From a virus (taxonomy: Duplodnaviria; Caudoviricetes), in the IMG/VR virus record IMGVR_UViG_3300028886_000035, positions 217,187-281,186 of that record: DNA of 64,000 nt. One strand, given 5' to 3'. The translations under genes were made by a program, and so were the position numbers. Below the pieces are notes generated by a model that saw only the letters and a list, made by a program, of their open reading frames with translations, was not told where the DNA came from and did not search any database. Each line of letters opens with the position of its first letter. Positions within the stretch are counted from its first letter, which is position 1. Of the stretch, positions 59,999-64,000 are shown piece after piece.

Positions 59999-60059
59999 TA
60001 TCTCACCGCCCTAAAAAATAAAGAGGATTTAATTATCCTCTTTTACTTATGAAATATAT

Positions 60060-60419
60060 TTATTCTTCTTCATCATCAGTAAGTGGAACATCTAATGAAT
60101 TACCGTGCATAACTAACTGTAGATTATCTGAATTTTTCAGTAATTCTAATTCCTGTAATAAATCCTGATAAAATGCAACCATATTTGAAGCATCATCATT
60201 TGTTGGTAATTCTACTACACGTTGAATTTCTTGATATAAATTTGGATATTCATTATACATTTCATTCAAATTTTTAAATAATGTTTTATACATATCAAGT
60301 AAATCCGTTGCATTTTTTCTAATTTCAAGAACTTTTGCACTAGCATTAAGTAACTGTTGTTTATCTTCTTCTGTAATTTCTCCAACCTGTTCTTCATCTT
60401 CTGCAATTAAGCGTTTCAT
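60060..60419 (-). CDS. Acidic protein, MKRLIA N-terminus
   Basis: ORF. Confidence 0.6.
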   Translation of the reverse strand: MKRLIAEDEEQVGEITEEDKQQLLNASAKVLEIRKNATDLLDMYKTLFKNLNEMYNEYPNLYQEIQRVVELPTNDDASNMVAFYQDLLQELELLKNSDNLQLVMHGNSLDVPLTDDEEE

Positions 60420-61694
60420 TTAACCACCTAGATTCTGTTTCATAAATTCCGCTACTTCATTATCTGTTATCGGATAATGAACTGTATTCAATAATTTTGG
60501 TATCAATTTTTCTTTGTTTTCATCTGTAATATCCCACGTTAACTGATTAACAAAATATGGTCTACAACACAAATTAAACATTAAACGTTTTGTATATTTA
60601 TCCTTTTTTTCTTTTGTATCAAAAACATCTGTCATTTTATAAATATGATTTGACTTAATAATTAATTCTTTTAAATAATGAATACCAAATTGTTGTTCAT
60701 ATTCACCAATTGAATTATAAATATCTTTTCTCATGCCTATATCATTATCTGATTTCTTACAAAGATTTTTATTATCCATTAACCAAAGAATTGTATGGAT
60801 TTCTTTTTCAGAAAAACAATGAAATTTATTTAATTCTTCATATGCTTGTTTTTTATCTTCAAATAAAACTGCCCATAATTCCAATTCTACTTCATTAGAA
60901 ATTCTAAATCTTTTTAAAACATCAAATTTTGTATCATCACATTCATGGAATGGAGACATAATTTTTATTTTTTTATCTTCATCCAAACATTTTGCATTAA
61001 AAATTCCTTCTTTATGCATAAGTTTTAATGTTTGCATAACATATCTACCTGTCATGATTTTACGTAATTCTTTGCCAACTAATTCACTTGGCATATTACG
61101 TAAATATCGCATAGTAGAATGGATACTTTTTAATGTATTTTTTTCAATTGAAAATCCTGTTTGTGACATTAAAGTAAATGCTTGTAAAGTACGAATTGGA
61201 AATTCAAAAAAGACATCTTTAGGGTTATCTATTGTCCTAATAATTCCTTTTTCCATATCATTATAAGCAGATATATCTTCATAATGATATTCATCATTTA
61301 TATCTTGCGCAACGCAATTAATCGTAAATATTTTACGTTGATAATCTTCTTTGAGTGTATTTACGTGTTCTATTTGTGGAATAGTTAAAAATGTTTCTTT
61401 ATTACCATTTTTTAAATAATATGTTTGTTTATGAAAAGATTCTATTCCAATAACTTCATTACCAAATTCCATTGAAAAAATCATTTTATTATTTTCATTT
61501 TCTATTGCACGAGGGAAGATTCTTTTAATTTCTTCAGGTAACGCATTAGTAATAATTGTTGTATTCAAAGTTTTTAAATGTTTATTCTGTACTACTACAT
61601 TATATAATTCATTACGGCATTTTTCCCCATTATAATATGCTTCAAAACCTGCTCTATTAAAAATTCCTAAGATAGCTTTGACTGAATCTTGCAT
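60420..61694 (-). CDS. CCA-adding enzyme / poly(A) polymerase homolog, catalytically degenerate
   Basis: GFEAY..G...R, TNA.PEEI, ED..R..FTIN..A, IRTI..P...F.E.P.R; DxD replaced by NTT, RRD by RKI. Confidence 0.8.
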   Translation of the reverse strand: MQDSVKAILGIFNRAGFEAYYNGEKCRNELYNVVVQNKHLKTLNTTIITNALPEEIKRIFPRAIENENNKMIFSMEFGNEVIGIESFHKQTYYLKNGNKETFLTIPQIEHVNTLKEDYQRKIFTINCVAQDINDEYHYEDISAYNDMEKGIIRTIDNPKDVFFEFPIRTLQAFTLMSQTGFSIEKNTLKSIHSTMRYLRNMPSELVGKELRKIMTGRYVMQTLKLMHKEGIFNAKCLDEDKKIKIMSPFHECDDTKFDVLKRFRISNEVELELWAVLFEDKKQAYEELNKFHCFSEKEIHTILWLMDNKNLCKKSDNDIGMRKDIYNSIGEYEQQFGIHYLKELIIKSNHIYKMTDVFDTKEKKDKYTKRLMFNLCCRPYFVNQLTWDITDENKEKLIPKLLNTVHYPITDNEVAEFMKQNLGG

Positions 61695-61719
61695 ATGAAA
61701 TATATCTCCTTTTAAACAT

Positions 61720-62184
61720 TTATGCTTCATATTTATTTGAGTAATAGGCTTTCCATTTATTATATAATTCCATTATATATCCAACAAACACAGTAAATGG
61801 TGCGGATTCTGCTTTTGAACCATTTTCATTATAACTCAAAGTAACGTAATTGATTTTACCATTTGAAAAAAAATCAACATAAAATGCTTGATAATAACGG
61901 TTTGGGTCTGCTTGTAAGCGTAAATAATCAGGGCAAATCAATTTTATATCCATTGTTACAGGTGGGTTGTTATTTTCATAATATTTATTCATATAATCAA
62001 TTAATTTAGAAAATTGTACATAACTCATATTTACATTTGATGTATCTACTGTATCTAAATTTAAAGTATTTCCAATAGAATTACTCATACGAAAAATAGT
62101 ACAATTCCATAACCACAAATCTTCTACATAATTTATAAAATTAACTAATTGTTGATAGTTTATAAAATCTATTTTATAAGCCAT
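61720..62184 (-). CDS. Hypothetical protein
   Basis: SD AAGGAG. Confidence 0.6.
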   Translation of the reverse strand: MAYKIDFINYQQLVNFINYVEDLWLWNCTIFRMSNSIGNTLNLDTVDTSNVNMSYVQFSKLIDYMNKYYENNNPPVTMDIKLICPDYLRLQADPNRYYQAFYVDFFSNGKINYVTLSYNENGSKAESAPFTVFVGYIMELYNKWKAYYSNKYEA

Positions 62185-62197
62185 TTATGAATCTCCT

Positions 62198-62914
62198 TTA
62201 TACATTTTTACTTGCGTCATTAAATGTATTTATATTGCGCTCATTTTCTCCATCTTTAGGGGATAATTGACCTGCAAAAATCATATTTTCTCTCTGTCTA
62301 AATGCTTGATATTGTTTTTTGAATTCATCTACAAAAGCAATTTCTAATTGATAATTCATTTCAAATTGTTGGTCTAAGGCTCTAATTGTACTTAAAACAA
62401 TTTTTGCAAAAGTATCTATTTGTGTTTGATAAAATTTAGCATCAATATTTCCTTCTTCTTTTATTGCACCACTAACTTTATCTAATTCATCTACTAATCC
62501 TTTTATTTGTCCCATATAACCAATAGTATATTGATGTTTTTTAGCATCAGAAAGGACTTCTGTTTCTTCTAATCTAGCCAAAGCTACTTCAATTAAATGT
62601 GCAATTGTATTAGCTTTATCTATATTGATTTTTCTTCCTTCTGCATAATCTTTACGAGACTTTTTAATTTTGGATTGTACATTAGCTTCTTGTACTAACA
62701 AATCATCTTTGGCATCAAAATGTTTTTGTAAATGTCTACGAATAGAAGAAGGTTTAATATTTTCTTGTTGAACAATTTTAACATCTTTGGGGTCTTGCAT
62801 ACTCTGAAGATATTCATATATCTTTTCAGGAGAAAATTTCTTGACCGCTAACGATTCAATTATCTCTCTGTGTTTGCTCATACAAACTTTACATTGTTTG
62901 ATTGTTACACTCAT
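62198..62914 (-). CDS. Zn-finger/HTH protein, possibly terminase small subunit-like
   Basis: CKVC...HR..IE...SSIRRH..KH followed by a helical C-terminus. Confidence 0.5.
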   Translation of the reverse strand: MSVTIKQCKVCMSKHREIIESLAVKKFSPEKIYEYLQSMQDPKDVKIVQQENIKPSSIRRHLQKHFDAKDDLLVQEANVQSKIKKSRKDYAEGRKINIDKANTIAHLIEVALARLEETEVLSDAKKHQYTIGYMGQIKGLVDELDKVSGAIKEEGNIDAKFYQTQIDTFAKIVLSTIRALDQQFEMNYQLEIAFVDEFKKQYQAFRQRENMIFAGQLSPKDGENERNINTFNDASKNV

Positions 62915-62939
62915 AGATTTTCTATCCTTCTTTTATAAA

Positions 62940-63554
62940 TTAAAATGGTATTGTTACTTTTGCACCCAATTGAACGTCTTTATCTTTATCAATTTTAATA
63001 GCAGGTCCTACATACATATGTTTTCCAAACACCTTTACTTGTTGCTGATAATCAACCGTTATGTTTTTATCCGAATAGTATGCTATACCCAATTGATGCT
63101 GGCTATATGCTTCTATATTATATTGGTTCAAATTAACTACATCTGTTTTATTTATATCTTTTACTTCTTTTGTTTCTCCCTTTGCAGGAGCAATCACATA
63201 AGCATCTGCCTTTTGTTCATTTGCATACGCTTTAGCTTTCGTTAAATATTCTGTTCCATTTGTTTCAATAGTAGTATCAGGTTTTCTATCTCTTTCAATA
63301 ATCTTTGTAACAGTATTAGTTACTTCTCTTGATTGATATGTATCTAAATTTGCACCACTATTTTTATTTACTTCTTGACGTAATTTTTCAGGATTTTGTA
63401 CTTCTTCCTGTGTCATAATTGTTTCTTTTGGTTCTGTTTTCTGATTAATGTAACTATTTAATTTTAATGTAGCTAATATAGTAACTATAATTATTAAAAC
63501 AACAACAGCTATCGTTTTTATTTGTTCTTTTGTTGGTAATTGCATTTCTATCAC
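62940..63554 (-). CDS. Membrane-anchored protein with a beta-rich C-terminus
   Basis: TM at the N-terminus; ends GAKVTIPF. Confidence 0.55.
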   Translation of the reverse strand: MIEMQLPTKEQIKTIAVVVLIIIVTILATLKLNSYINQKTEPKETIMTQEEVQNPEKLRQEVNKNSGANLDTYQSREVTNTVTKIIERDRKPDTTIETNGTEYLTKAKAYANEQKADAYVIAPAKGETKEVKDINKTDVVNLNQYNIEAYSQHQLGIAYYSDKNITVDYQQQVKVFGKHMYVGPAIKIDKDKDVQLGAKVTIPF

Positions 63555-63636
63555 CTCTCAATATAAAAATACAATATTTTATCCAATAATATATTATACA
63601 AAAAACCGCACTATTTATAAGTGCGGATTATATTTT

Positions 63637-63984
63637 TTAACGTTTTAATGTATAATTCAAAACATATTTAGTTGTCATATATTTCCCTGTATCTAGCATT
63701 TTCTTTTCAGATTTATCTGCCGTTGCATATAAATCACGATTGATTTTCATAGCTCTCATTTCCATCTGTTCAGCTACATCGTAATTATATATTTCTCCTT
63801 TTTTTAATTTGGCAGGACGAGGGAAATATTGCGAATGACACATTTTATATGCCCATTCAAATTCGTTAATTGGTTCTGTATCAATAACCGAATCAACTAA
63901 TTGCACATGATAAATATCTGACCATTCTTCATCTGTACGTTTTGTTAAATCCACATCTGCAACAATATCTTCATCCACCATCAA
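63637..63984 (-). CDS. Hypothetical protein
   Basis: SD GAAAGGAG. Confidence 0.55.
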   Translation of the reverse strand: MMVDEDIVADVDLTKRTDEEWSDIYHVQLVDSVIDTEPINEFEWAYKMCHSQYFPRPAKLKKGEIYNYDVAEQMEMRAMKINRDLYATADKSEKKMLDTGKYMTTKYVLNYTLKR

Positions 63985-64000
63985 TTACCTACTCCTTTCT

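Noticed and set aside
1-64000. Stop-codon reassignment, often linked to theta ribozymes
   Set aside because: Conserved genes are intact in code 11, TAG and TGA end genes normally, and no suppressor tRNA is seen in the window.

Overview
The window is a 64-kb, very AT-rich segment of a large (jumbo-type) dsDNA phage. The host is probably an anaerobic Firmicute; Negativicutes is a guess from the style of a few secreted proteins. Genes use the standard code and lie mostly on the minus strand behind sigmaA-type TTGACA-N17-TATAAT promoters. Left end: class III ribonucleotide reductase nrdD split by four group I introns (two with HNH-type ORFs) and a LAGLIDADG intein. It lacks its own glycyl-radical loop, which is encoded by a separate small ORF. 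Middle: a TnpB next to a ~510-nt structured non-coding region, 15 tRNAs (including rare Asn-ATT and Ile-TAT), a tRNA-like RNA, three tRNA-linked HDV-like (theta) ribozymes, several IS200/IS605 relics and an HUH Rep-like gene. Right part: PNK-HD, a DUF2828 (TROVE/Ro60-like vWA) protein, NGN-only NusG, a MoxR/vWA pair, a DNA-modification glycosyltransferase, PARG and NADAR, phosphoesterases, nrdG, a catalytically dead CCA-enzyme homolog and virion/lysis-type genes. The best candidate for a new system is a six-copy ncRNA family: a covarying terminal stem, an invariant CAGCAA, and a variable insert, often with anti-Shine-Dalgarno loops. Two copies lie directly upstream of the Ro60-like DUF2828 gene and four lie in the tRNA region, suggesting a phage Ro/Y-RNA-like RNP. 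All family assignments come from motif recognition by eye, not from searches.
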